Assembly: GCA_027622665.1 (NCBI GenBank) | Contig: JAQBYT010000020.1 | Span: 1-61,634, forward strand | Source: Verrucomicrobiota bacterium | GTDB lineage: Bacteria; Verrucomicrobiota; Verrucomicrobiia; Opitutales; Seribacteraceae | DNA length: 61,634 bases | Direction: 5' to 3' | Shown here: positions 51,767-61,027 of the stretch, piece by piece | How positions within the stretch are numbered: the first letter of the stretch is position 1 | Layout: the number at the start of each line of letters is the position of its first letter | The notes under the pieces: model-generated | What the model saw: only the letters and a program-made list of their open reading frames with translations | Database searches by the model: none | What the model was told of the DNA's origin: nothing | Translations under genes and position numbers: made by a program

Positions 51767-52122
51767 GCTTCCTCCGTTTTCGGGGAGTAGGGTTTCTCTT
51801 CCCCGAGGAAGAAGAGTTTGGGGTCACCCTTGCTGCGGAGTAGTGCGATCACAGCGTAGAGCCCGCTGACAACGTTTCCGCCCAACAGGATTGCAACCGA
51901 CCAGCCCACAATGATCCCCGGGCAACTTTCCCGGTAGCAGACCCAACCGATGAAGAGGAAGAAACCGACGTAAACGTCGTAGAGCGAGACGATTCCCCAA
52001 GGGTTGTCCATCAACTCGGCACCGTCCTTCCAAAAATCGCCCACAATAAATCCATAGGTCAAGGCTCCGGCCATGACCAAGGTCAGGGCGACTAGGTAAG
52101 CGAGAGCAAACTTTCTGCCCAT
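51763..52122 (-). CDS. DUF1475 family membrane protein
   Basis: NPWGIVSLYDVYVGFFLF..WV.YRE. Confidence 0.8.
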   Translation of the reverse strand: MGRKFALAYLVALTLVMAGALTYGFIVGDFWKDGAELMDNPWGIVSLYDVYVGFFLFIGWVCYRESCPGIIVGWSVAILLGGNVVSGLYAVIALLRSKGDPKLFFLGEEKPYSPKTEEA

Positions 52123-52132
52123 GGCAGTTAGC

Positions 52133-53416
52133 TTACGCGGTGGCGACAGCGAGGGCTTGCTCGATGTCGGCAATGATGTCTGCGACGTGCTCCAAACCTA
52201 CCGAAAGCCGAACTAGTTCGGGTGTAATGCCGCCCGCCGCTTGTTGTTCCTCGTTCATCTGGGAGTGCGTGGTCGTGGCGGGATGAATCGCCAAGCTTTT
52301 GGCATCCCCGACATTGGCCAAGTGCGAGAAAAGTTTGAGGTTATCGATAAACTTAGAACCTGCTTCCGCACCACCCTTGATTCCGAAAACGACCATGGAA
52401 CCACCCTTACCTTCCAGATATTGCTGGTTAAGGGCATACATGGGATCGCTCTCCAAACCGGGAAAGCGAACCCATTCCACGGATTCGTGCTCCTTCAAAT
52501 GCTTGGCGACTGCAAGCGAATTCTCGCAATGCCTATCCATGCGTAAGTGTAGGGTTTCAATGCCTTGCAAGAACTGCCAGGAATTCTCCGGTGAAATACA
52601 CGCTCCCAGATTTCGGAGAGGAACGGTACGCATTCTCAATATGTATGACAGCGGAGCCAAGGGTTCGGGCAAATCATGTCCCCAACGCAAACCGTGGTAA
52701 CTGTTATCAGGTTGGTCAAACAGCGGGAAATTTCCATTGGCCCAGTTGAATCTGCCTGAATCGACCACTACGCCCCCTATGCCATTACCGTGGCCACCCA
52801 ACCACTTGGTAAGCGAATGGACCACGACATCGGCTCCATGCTCTATGGGACGAGTTAGGTAAGGTGTCGAAAACGTGCTGTCCACGATCAAAGGAATCCC
52901 ATGAGAGGAGGCAATTTCCCCAATTGCCTTGAGGTCTGCGACATCCAGCCCGGGATTGCTCACGCTTTCGCAAAAGAGAGCTTTTGTCTTTTCCGTTATG
53001 GCGGCTGCGAAATTTTGTGGATCGTTGGGATCGACGAACTTCACGGTAATTCCTAGTTTCGGAAGGATGTCGTTGAACTGAGTGTAAGTACCGCCGTAAA
53101 GGTTGTTGGCGGAGACGATCTCATCACCTGCCTCGGCGAGATTAATGATCGAATAAAAGACCGCACTCGTGCCGGAGGCTACACCTAGTCCGGCCGCACC
53201 ACCTTCCAAACCTGCTACCCGCTGCTCTAGAACGTCGGTTGTCGGGTTCATCAACCGCGTGTAAATATTTCCTAGTTCGCGCAGGCCGAAAAGGTTGGCC
53301 GCGTGCTCGGTGTTGTTGAACACGAAGGAACTCGTCTTATAGACGGGCACAGCGCGTTAAAGCGTTGTAGGTTCGGGAGAGTAGCCGAGGTGAAGGCATT
53401 TGGTCTCGATTTTCAT
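52133..53416 (-). CDS. metY: O-acetylhomoserine aminocarboxypropyltransferase (sulfhydrylase), in-frame TAA at codon 20
   Basis: GNIYTRLMNPT, LYGGT, HSLTKWLGGHG (PLP Lys), HLANVGDAKSL.IHPA.TTH. The N-terminus MKIETKCLHLGYSPEPTTL is separated from RAVPVY by TAA at 53357-53359. Confidence 0.88.
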
Positions 53417-53583
53417 GGGTTGTATCGGGATGGGATTAGCGAAAATGGAAAAGTTTAGGAGGTTGGATAAAATTCGATATTATTCAACCTTTTATCCCTT
53501 AATAGAAAAAGGGTAGGAAATCGAAGAACAACATTTTTCCTCTATGCGAAAATAAGATCAAGAACAATGGTAAGAGTCCATTC

Positions 53584-54567
53584 TTATGGAGCCATCACAA
53601 TACCTATTTCCGCAGCGGTTGCATTCGGTTTTCCATTGATCTCCGAGAGAACCCTGACCAGCAGGTAGCGACCGGAAACCGGCTTGGGACAGTTAGCGAC
53701 TTGAGCTGATTTCAAACCCAGAAAAGTTTTTTTTGCCGCAGGCTTACCCTCAAAGGAGTCAGACCGTTCGCTCAGGTAAAACTCCGTCTCCGAGAATTGT
53801 CCCACGACCTCTGGGTTTTGTCGGGCAAGGTAGCGGAATCCGGAGATACGTCTTGATCTCCCAAGGTCGAGAATCAACTCATGCGGTGGAGAGGCAACCG
53901 AATCGGCGAAACTCGATTGCCAAATCGTTTGAGAATCGCCGTCGATCAAGTTTTTAGCATGTCCGTCAAATCGGGCTTCCTCACTACTGAAACGGACTAC
54001 CTTCATCTCGTGCACAGGCACAAGGTCGGAGGATTCGATACGATAGTTCATCGTAACCCGTCTCTTGATGAGCTCAGATTCCAACTCGCCCAACGTTACC
54101 TTACCGGGGGAGATCCATACGGACAGTCGCCCTTTTCCAAAATCGGCTGTCGTCCGGGCAACGCCTTCGAGCTTGTTCACCGAAAGATAAGCAGCATAGG
54201 CACAGGCCTTACAATCAAGACCGGCGATGGGAATGACAATTTTATTCCAATCTTGAAACGGAGTAGAGACCCGCGGCAGGAATTCGAACATCCCTCGGGT
54301 CGCGCCTCTAAGTTGACTGCTCATCGACTGAAGCTGTTGCTTTGAATCATCTCTCGCAAATCGCTTCCCGAAGCGAACGGTTAACTCACCGCGACCATAA
54401 TCTACTTTGACGAGTTCAATGTCCTCGAGTTCGGAAATCGCACGTCGAAGGCGATCGGTTTGATCGGGATGAAAAAGACCAGTCACGCGATAGCTCGCTA
54501 GGTTATTTTCGGCATGCAAAGTAAAAAAACCGAGTAAAAGGATCGAGAGGATTATTCCTTTTTTCAT
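53584..54567 (-). CDS. secreted protein with two HMA-like domains and an F5/8 type C (discoidin) domain
   Basis: Signal peptide; IAGLDCKAC HMA motif; NLIDGD..TIWQS, LILDLG, F.YLARQ, RY, AAEI. Confidence 0.75.
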   Translation of the reverse strand: MKKGIILSILLLGFFTLHAENNLASYRVTGLFHPDQTDRLRRAISELEDIELVKVDYGRGELTVRFGKRFARDDSKQQLQSMSSQLRGATRGMFEFLPRVSTPFQDWNKIVIPIAGLDCKACAYAAYLSVNKLEGVARTTADFGKGRLSVWISPGKVTLGELESELIKRRVTMNYRIESSDLVPVHEMKVVRFSSEEARFDGHAKNLIDGDSQTIWQSSFADSVASPPHELILDLGRSRRISGFRYLARQNPEVVGQFSETEFYLSERSDSFEGKPAAKKTFLGLKSAQVANCPKPVSGRYLLVRVLSEINGKPNATAAEIGIVMAP

Positions 54568-54596
54568 TGAGGTCACAAGAGTTCGTTATTCCAAAA

Positions 54597-57197
54597 TCAT
54601 TTGCCGACAAATATCTCGCTTGCGACCAATTCGTGGATGAGAGAACGCAGTCCTCCTCCCTTGGATTTGACTCTATTGAGAATACCTTCGTGTACTTTCC
54701 GGTCGGCAAACATCGGAGCCCGACCGATCGCATAGGTCTGCAACTGCCTAAGCAAGTTAAGAGTAAGCCCATCTCCATCCTTTGAAGCCAGAAACTGGAA
54801 ATGATTGATTCCTGCAAATTCTCGGCCATCCGGCAAAACACCAGAAGCATCGACAACCGGACCTAGCAGAAAGGATAGAGAGATGAAAGGATCGATTGTC
54901 CCACGCTCAGGCTTGTCTCCCTCCCCCACGGTACGGTAGCGATTCCGTTGGCGACCAATGACGTCAAAGGATTCCAGAGCAAAGCCGGGAGGATCCATCT
55001 TGGCGTGGCAACCTGCGCATGCCGCATGGTTGCGGTGCAGGTCCAGCTGCTCTCGGATAGTGGTCGCTCCACTGATGTCCGGCTCGATAGCAGGCACGTT
55101 AGCCGGTGGAGGCGGGATCGTATTGCCCAGCAACCGATCCATTACGAACGCCCCTCTTGGCACGGGTGAGGTGGTCGTCCCGTTTGCAGTTATCTTGAGG
55201 ATCGAGGCTTGGGTAAGAAAAGGTCCCCGGGGATGATCGGGAGGCAACGAGACTCTTCTGACCTGGGGACCACTCACTCCCTCGATTTCATAGTGAACCG
55301 CCAACTTCTCGTTGATCATGGCGAAATCCGAGCGAACCAAATGCCCAGCCCCCAAATCCTCGTCGAGCATTTCGCGAAAAAAGGAACGCGTCTCAGACAC
55401 CATAGAGTCCTGCAGGTAAGGATTGAACTCCGGATACAGTTTCCGGTCCGGGTCGTTTTTAGCGATTTCCTTGAGACGAAGCCACTGGTCTAGAAAATCG
55501 TTCACGAATCGATCGGATTTCGGATCTTTCAGCATGCGTTCGACCTGCACTTTCAGCACCTCTGGATCATCAAGTTTTCCAGACGCCGCCAGCTCCTTGT
55601 CGGGAAGGGAATTCCAAAGAAAATAAGAAAGTCGATTGGCCCGCTGCACCAGATCCAACTCGCCCTTCTCCTCAAGATGGAAAAGAAAATCGGGTGAGCA
55701 CAGAGCCGCCCGGTAAACCCACCGCATGGCGAACTCGAACGATTCGTTGGCATCCAGTCTCTCTCTGACTCCCTCAAGGTAAAGGGCACGTTCTTCCTCA
55801 GAGACCTTTCGCCGGAAGGCTCGGGGCAAAAAGTCCGCAAGCAACCGCCCGGCGTCCTCGATTGGTCTTTCGGAAAAAACGGTCCACAGTCCCGGCTCCG
55901 TTTGCCTCCTGTTCTGCCCCGCCCCCAGTTGACGAATCTTCTTTCTCAAAGGCGGACGGACGATCGGGTTCTCATCCTTGAGGAACTCTCGGATCGGCAA
56001 GTTGCCGAAAAGTCTCTTGTGCGAAAGCGGAGGCCATTCCTCGTGAAAAGGCCCCTCCACCTCCAGCCAATCGACCGTGATGCCCGGACCCGTAAAGGCC
56101 ATCGCCCTGCCTTTTCGGTTGTAATTGGCTGTCGGGGCAAGGGAGGCGGCATTGAAACCGATCAGCTCATTGTGGTTAAGCCAAACCTTCAATTCATGCT
56201 GCTTGGGGGCAAGCGAGGGAGCGTCATAGTATCCGAGCACGTAACTGGGGTGGCCCCCTCCCCTCCCGTCGCCCGTCAACCGGACGACCGACAAGCGGGC
56301 CGCTTCGGTGCCTCGGGCGGGAAGAACTTTACCCTTGTCCCACTGAAAAGCCCACAGGGAGGTTCTCACTCGGTAGATTCCAGGATAGACCGTTACGTGC
56401 TCCATGAAATAAGGACTGACGGACTCGTCCTCGTGTCGGAACAAGCCGACCGAGCTTCCCGATTGAAACGATCCGTAAGCCTCGTGAGCCCCTTGGCTCA
56501 TATGGTTAAAATGTCCGGCGGGCGGAAAATCCGGATCGGGTTTCATGTCCTTTAGCAACACACCGTCGCCATTCATGATGATATGGGCAACGAACCCCCC
56601 CCGGTTGGCCAGGGAAATCCTTCGTTTTGCCACAACGGGTGCGACCGGTCGAGTGGCAATGGCCAAGTCGAGGGCATGATCCGCTGCCTCCATGTACTTG
56701 GCCAAGTTTACGTGAGAGAGGTCGAGGGCTGCGCTTTGCTTGTCGAATCCATGGACTGATCCATCCTCCGGAAGAAGTTCCTTCAAGGCGATCCCCGGCA
56801 TATCGAACAAATCGCGTAACGAGTATTCGTATTCCGTCCTCGTCAATCTCCGCAGGCGAGTACGAGCCAAGCCTCGGTATTTCTCGGCCTCCGACTCGAG
56901 AATGATTTCCGACAGGGATCCGAGCGCTTTTTTCTTTTCCGCTCCGCTCGGTCGATCCCGCTTAGGAGGCGGCATCTCTCCTCTCTCGATCCGGTCATAG
57001 GCGTACAGCCACTTGGCGAAAGTTTCCTCCGCCCCCAGGTCACGGGAAAGGGAGAGCATGTCCAAGCCTCCCTTCTTCGATTCCCCATCATGGCAATCAT
57101 AGCAATGCTTCTCCAAAAAATCGTCAGGCCAATGCTCCCTCGCCAACAAGGGAAGGCCCATGCCAAGGGCCAGCAGGTAAAGCAAGGGGACTCTCAT
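54597..57197 (-). CDS. DUF1592/1588/1587/1585/1595 cytochrome c-type protein (PVC)
   Basis: CYDCH, LRRLTRTEY, RAFRR, SPDFLF, RLSYFLW, TSPVPRG, CAGCHAKMDPPGFALE. Confidence 0.9.
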   Translation of the reverse strand: MRVPLLYLLALGMGLPLLAREHWPDDFLEKHCYDCHDGESKKGGLDMLSLSRDLGAEETFAKWLYAYDRIERGEMPPPKRDRPSGAEKKKALGSLSEIILESEAEKYRGLARTRLRRLTRTEYEYSLRDLFDMPGIALKELLPEDGSVHGFDKQSAALDLSHVNLAKYMEAADHALDLAIATRPVAPVVAKRRISLANRGGFVAHIIMNGDGVLLKDMKPDPDFPPAGHFNHMSQGAHEAYGSFQSGSSVGLFRHEDESVSPYFMEHVTVYPGIYRVRTSLWAFQWDKGKVLPARGTEAARLSVVRLTGDGRGGGHPSYVLGYYDAPSLAPKQHELKVWLNHNELIGFNAASLAPTANYNRKGRAMAFTGPGITVDWLEVEGPFHEEWPPLSHKRLFGNLPIREFLKDENPIVRPPLRKKIRQLGAGQNRRQTEPGLWTVFSERPIEDAGRLLADFLPRAFRRKVSEEERALYLEGVRERLDANESFEFAMRWVYRAALCSPDFLFHLEEKGELDLVQRANRLSYFLWNSLPDKELAASGKLDDPEVLKVQVERMLKDPKSDRFVNDFLDQWLRLKEIAKNDPDRKLYPEFNPYLQDSMVSETRSFFREMLDEDLGAGHLVRSDFAMINEKLAVHYEIEGVSGPQVRRVSLPPDHPRGPFLTQASILKITANGTTTSPVPRGAFVMDRLLGNTIPPPPANVPAIEPDISGATTIREQLDLHRNHAACAGCHAKMDPPGFALESFDVIGRQRNRYRTVGEGDKPERGTIDPFISLSFLLGPVVDASGVLPDGREFAGINHFQFLASKDGDGLTLNLLRQLQTYAIGRAPMFADRKVHEGILNRVKSKGGGLRSLIHELVASEIFVGK

Positions 57198-57201
57198 GGT
57201 C

Positions 57202-58071
57202 TCAGGCCAAATCCAGCCCGCGCATCAACCCCGTCGAGGTCGAGAACTTATCCTTGCGGATGCCCATGCGATGCAGCATGGAGAGGTACAGGTTGGTCAG
57301 GGGATAATTGTTCTTATCATCGAAGACGAGATGCTGCCCATGCTTAAATCCTCCGCCGGCCAGCAATACAGGTAAATTGTAGTTGGAGTGGGAATTCGCG
57401 CTACCCATGCAGGTTCCGTAAAGTACCATGGTGCGATCAAGCAGGTTGTCTTCCTTCTCGCCGCTTTCCGACAAGGCGGACAGGAAGCCGTTCAAGGCCT
57501 CGAATTGGCCCGTCTCATGGTTCTTCAACTCAGCCAAGGTTTCCGGCCGGTTTCCGTGGTGCGTGATGTTATGGATGACGGTCGTATCGATGAACAGGGA
57601 AACAACCCGGGTCGAATCGGTCTCTAAGGCCAGACGAATCATATCGAACATGGTTCGCGAACGCGAGACGAAGGCCAGTCGGTCCTTGTTCTCATCCGGA
57701 ATCTTCGTATCCACCTTGGGCTTGGGTTCGTATTCCCATTGCTCGGAGGCATGCATTCTCTTTTCCAGTTCCCTCACAGAAGTGAAATACTGGTCCATCC
57801 GGTCGCGGTCCTCACTCGAGAGGCTGCGGTTTAACTTCTTCGCCCGCTCGCTGAGAAAATCCATCGTGCTCCGACCTTGCCTCAACGCTTCGACTTTGGC
57901 CTCGATCTCGCTCGGTTTGCCTTGAAGGAAAAGATTCTCGTAGAGCTTCCGGGGGCTCTGGTCCGAGGGAACCGCCGCCCCGCTCCTGGTATAACTCAAG
58001 GTCGCGTTCTCATTGGTTACCGCCAAGCTCAGGGAGGGAAAGCGAGTGGCGGAACCGATTTCCTCGGCCGC
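57202..58071 (-). CDS. DUF1552 protein, 5'-truncated at the junction
   Basis: Frame reads AAEEIGSATRFPSLSL... from 58071; D.TRV, HNITHHG, LLDRTMVLYG, ANSH...LPVLLAGG. The N-terminal part of the family is missing. Confidence 0.85.
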   Translation of the reverse strand, partial: AAEEIGSATRFPSLSLAVTNENATLSYTRSGAAVPSDQSPRKLYENLFLQGKPSEIEAKVEALRQGRSTMDFLSERAKKLNRSLSSEDRDRMDQYFTSVRELEKRMHASEQWEYEPKPKVDTKIPDENKDRLAFVSRSRTMFDMIRLALETDSTRVVSLFIDTTVIHNITHHGNRPETLAELKNHETGQFEALNGFLSALSESGEKEDNLLDRTMVLYGTCMGSANSHSNYNLPVLLAGGGFKHGQHLVFDDKNNYPLTNLYLSMLHRMGIRKDKFSTSTGLMRGLDLA

Positions 58072-58634
58072 TCAAATAAATATTTGTTAGGTGAATATTC
58101 CTTATAGTACTCTCTAAGTAATAATAGAATGTTTTCTGATAGTGGTAGATTTCTGTCTTTATAATTTTTAGCCCCCCTTACGGTTATACTCATCCGTTCA
58201 GAATCAATATCTATAATCTCCAAGCCTACGACTTCACTAATACGCAACCCAGCAGAATACATTAATGAAATAATGCATTTGTGTTTTATATTTGACAAAC
58301 CATTTATCAACCTCTTAACTTCATTTTTAGAAAGGACTGAAGGTAATTTCTTTTCTCTTCTGCTTGGGATTAGGTATTGAATATTTATAGTTCTATTTAA
58401 AACTTCTTTATAATATAGTTTTAGGGACATTACCATTTGTTTCTGATATGAAAAAGAAATCTTTTTATGATGAATAAGATTGTATACGTATTCATACAAA
58501 TCTTGTTCTGAAACCTTATTTAATGGCTTTTTAAAATAACCTTTTGCTAAACTCACAAAAGATGAATATGTTTTTATGGTGTTAGGACTATAGCGTTTAA
58601 CCTCAAGTATCTTAACGAAATCAGCAACTGACAT
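58071..58634 (-). CDS. tyrosine recombinase (integron-integrase-like, no IntI insertion), 3'-truncated
   Basis: N-terminal SAM-like domain (RYSPNTIKTY), KKLPSVLS..EV, box I YSAGLRISE, AKNYKDR, YLFE. Sequence after YLFE is the unrelated GC-rich segment, so HxxR and the catalytic Tyr are absent. Confidence 0.88.
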
Positions 58635-58667
58635 TTTTAGTGTTTTTTAGTGATTTATTTGCTTTTA

Positions 58668-58675
58668 CAAACATA
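58668..58675 (-). promoter_or_regulatory. Bacteroidota-type -7 promoter element for the integrase
   Basis: TATGTTTG on the minus strand matches TAnnTTTG, 33 nt upstream of the integrase ATG. Confidence 0.5.
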
Positions 58676-58739
58676 ACCAAATAAAATCAATTGGTTATCT
58701 TTTGAATTTTGTATTATTGCACATAACCAATTGTTAGCT
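58671..58739 (+). other. attI-like primary recombination site
   Basis: TAAC-CAATT-GTTA core ending in GTTAGCT (58733-58739), with further ATAACCAA copies at 58673 (direct) and 58691-58698 (inverted). Lies between the divergent integrase and the first cassette. Confidence 0.7.
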
Positions 58740-58776
58740 ACAAGAATAAGAAACCATTAACCTAAATAAAAATGAT

Positions 58777-59268
58777 ATGATTTTTCAAAAAGTAAGAGTG
58801 CTTTTTATCTCAATTATTCTATTACAAGCCTCATTAGCCTATTCGCAAGAATCATATGAAGATATTTTAGGAAGAACCTATGTGCCTGCCAATCAAGAAT
58901 TGTATGAAACGATTGTATCATTGGATAAAAAATTATTTGACGCTTACAATTCCTGTGATATGGATACACAAGCCGCTCTTTATTCGGAAGATTTAGAGTT
59001 TTTTCATGACGAAGGAGGACTATCTACCTCACAAGAAAAACTTTTAATAGCCCTTAAAAATAATATTTGCGAAAAGGTTACAAGAACCTTGATTGAGGGT
59101 AGTATAGAGGTTTACCCTATAAAAGATTACGGAGCTGTTGAAATAGGGTATCATGCCTTTAATGACAAAAAAACACCAGAAAATATATCTAAAGGAAGTA
59201 GATTTATTATGATTTGGAAAAAAACGGATGAAAATTGGACTGTGACAAGAGTCATTAGTCTTCATTAA
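58777..59268 (+). CDS. cassette 1: secreted NTF2-like/DUF4440 protein
   Basis: Signal peptide; LD..LFDAYN.CD, DLEFFHDEGGL, IEVYPI..YGAVEIG.H.F, W.VTRVISLH. Confidence 0.85.
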   Translation: MIFQKVRVLFISIILLQASLAYSQESYEDILGRTYVPANQELYETIVSLDKKLFDAYNSCDMDTQAALYSEDLEFFHDEGGLSTSQEKLLIALKNNICEKVTRTLIEGSIEVYPIKDYGAVEIGYHAFNDKKTPENISKGSRFIMIWKKTDENWTVTRVISLH

Positions 59269-59284
59269 AATCCGAAACTCCAGC

Positions 59285-59413
59285 AGCTAACACGGTGTAT
59301 AAAACATAGCTATTATAGGCTTTCCGAAATGTTTTAGATATTTACAAAGTACGCCAAATCCGAAAAGTTAGTGTCTTTTTATACGCTACGTTTCATACAC
59401 AAGACCGTTACCT
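59285..59413 (+). repeat. attC-like palindromic cassette site 1 (129 bp)
   Basis: AGCTAAC (59285-91) ... GTGTATAAAACATAGC (59295-310) pairs with GCTACGTTTCATACAC (59385-400) ... GTTACCT (59407-13). Confidence 0.85.
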
Positions 59414-59456
59414 GCAAGCGTAACGAACGACAAAAAAATGAAAAACTATACATATA

Positions 59457-60803
59457 ATGACAAAAACAATTTTCAAAACTATTGCTTTAATGGGGCTATT
59501 AAATTCAACAACATTAAAAGCACAAATCAATCCGACAAATAATTTCATAGGGGTAGATGTCAGCACATTTCCTCAAAACGCAAGTTTTGATTATGACTCT
59601 TGCTTTGCTCTTGGAGCAAATTTAGGAATGGGTAGCATGGGACTTTTTCAGAATTGGACAGCCATTGAAACGGCACCTAATACTTTTAATCTAACTATCT
59701 TCGATATAGCAGATTATTATTACCCTTTGCACAATATGCCTATTGATTTAACACTTACCCCAATACATACTAACAATTTAGAAGTGCCGTCAGACCTGAC
59801 AACAACAGCATTCAATAATCCTATTTTAATAAATCGTTTCAAAACACTTTTGGACAGTGTTAAAGCTCACATACCAAATGTTACACTTTCTTCTTTGGTA
59901 ATTGGTTCGGAACACGATGTGTATATGGGGACAAATGCAACGTTATGGTCGCAATACACAACATTTTATAATTCTGTTTCTACTTATGCAAAAACACTTT
60001 GGCCAGGTTTAAAAGTAGCGACTGAATTAACATTTGACGGAATCACTACCTATAACTCATATGCTCAAACATTGAATACAAACAGCGATTACATTGGCGT
60101 ATCCTACTATCCCATAAATTCTAATTTTACTGTCAAGCCTGTTTCAACAATCCCAATTGACTTTGGCACACTTGTAGCTTTATATCCTCTCAAACCATTA
60201 TACTTTTATCAATATGGTTATCCTTCAAGTCCAACTTGTAACAGTTCTGAAACGCAACAAGCACAGTTTATTACACAAACATTTACAACTTGGGACACTT
60301 ATGCTTCTAATGTCAAAAAGATTGATTTTACTTGGCTTCACGATTTAGATACTGCGGCAGTAAATTTTTATGGAACATACTATGGTATTACCGATACCAT
60401 ATTTTTGGAATTTTTACATACATTGGGACTTCGAACTTGGAATGGAAATGGTGTGGATAAGCAAGCATTTGTTGAGTTAGAATGTCAGGCAAAACAAAGA
60501 GGATACAACAATTTAAACATCAATTGCACAACAGGAATTACAGACCAAAGTAACAACGACAATAATCTATTTATTGTATTTCCAAATCCTGTTCAAAACA
60601 AATTGAATATTGAAATGTCATTTGACATGATAAATGCGGAAATTAAAATTTATAATCAGTTAGGACAAATCGAAAAAACCATTTCAAATATTAGTAGCAG
60701 AAACATAAGCATAGAAACATTTGACTCTTCAAACGGTGTATATTTTATAGTATTGCAAAATGGGGACAGACAGGTAAACGGAAAATTTATTATAAACAAA
60801 TGA
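59457..60803 (+). CDS. cassette 2: secreted glycoside-hydrolase-like protein with T9SS type A sorting domain
   Basis: Signal peptide ending KAQ; IGSE, DYIGVSYYP, QYGYPS barrel-like motifs; C-terminal VFPNPV..KLNI...IYNQLGQ...NGVYFI......KFII. Confidence 0.85.
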   Translation: MTKTIFKTIALMGLLNSTTLKAQINPTNNFIGVDVSTFPQNASFDYDSCFALGANLGMGSMGLFQNWTAIETAPNTFNLTIFDIADYYYPLHNMPIDLTLTPIHTNNLEVPSDLTTTAFNNPILINRFKTLLDSVKAHIPNVTLSSLVIGSEHDVYMGTNATLWSQYTTFYNSVSTYAKTLWPGLKVATELTFDGITTYNSYAQTLNTNSDYIGVSYYPINSNFTVKPVSTIPIDFGTLVALYPLKPLYFYQYGYPSSPTCNSSETQQAQFITQTFTTWDTYASNVKKIDFTWLHDLDTAAVNFYGTYYGITDTIFLEFLHTLGLRTWNGNGVDKQAFVELECQAKQRGYNNLNINCTTGITDQSNNDNNLFIVFPNPVQNKLNIEMSFDMINAEIKIYNQLGQIEKTISNISSRNISIETFDSSNGVYFIVLQNGDRQVNGKFIINK

Positions 60804-60822
60804 CGGCAGACAGAGCGCCAGC

Positions 60823-61000
60823 AGGTAACATGGGTTTTGTGAATATGCTGGTTTTGTGCAAGCTGCAACTTTATTTTTTCAGCGGTATAAATTTATATTT
60901 TAAAAGTTGCAATAAAGTTCAGTACATTTAATTCACGTTTTCGGTTAAGACAGTTTAGTGCTATTAATTCCAGCACATCACAAAGCCCCAAACGTTATGC
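60823..61000 (+). repeat. attC-like palindromic cassette site 2 (178 bp)
   Basis: AGGTAAC (60823-29) ... GGGTTTTGTGAATATGCTGG (60832-51) pairs with CCAGCACATCACAAAGCCC (60970-88) ... GTTATGC (60994-61000). Confidence 0.85.
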
Positions 61001-61027
61001 CTCATTGTGAAAGGACAAACCAGAAAT

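Noticed and set aside
9809..53359. Stop-codon reassignment explaining the in-frame TAG and TAA
   Set aside because: TAG, TAA and TGA all terminate normal genes in this window, and the lesions are isolated and of different kinds.
58029..58070. C-terminal RPRKSVPPLAFPP of the 201-aa integrase ORF
   Set aside because: It is read-through into the DUF1552 gene in another frame across the junction, not integrase sequence.
59285..61000. Palindromes as Rho-independent terminators, REPs or CRISPR repeats
   Set aside because: They are long, lack U-tails, differ from each other in sequence, and their ends pair with the start of the preceding cassette, which those elements do not explain.
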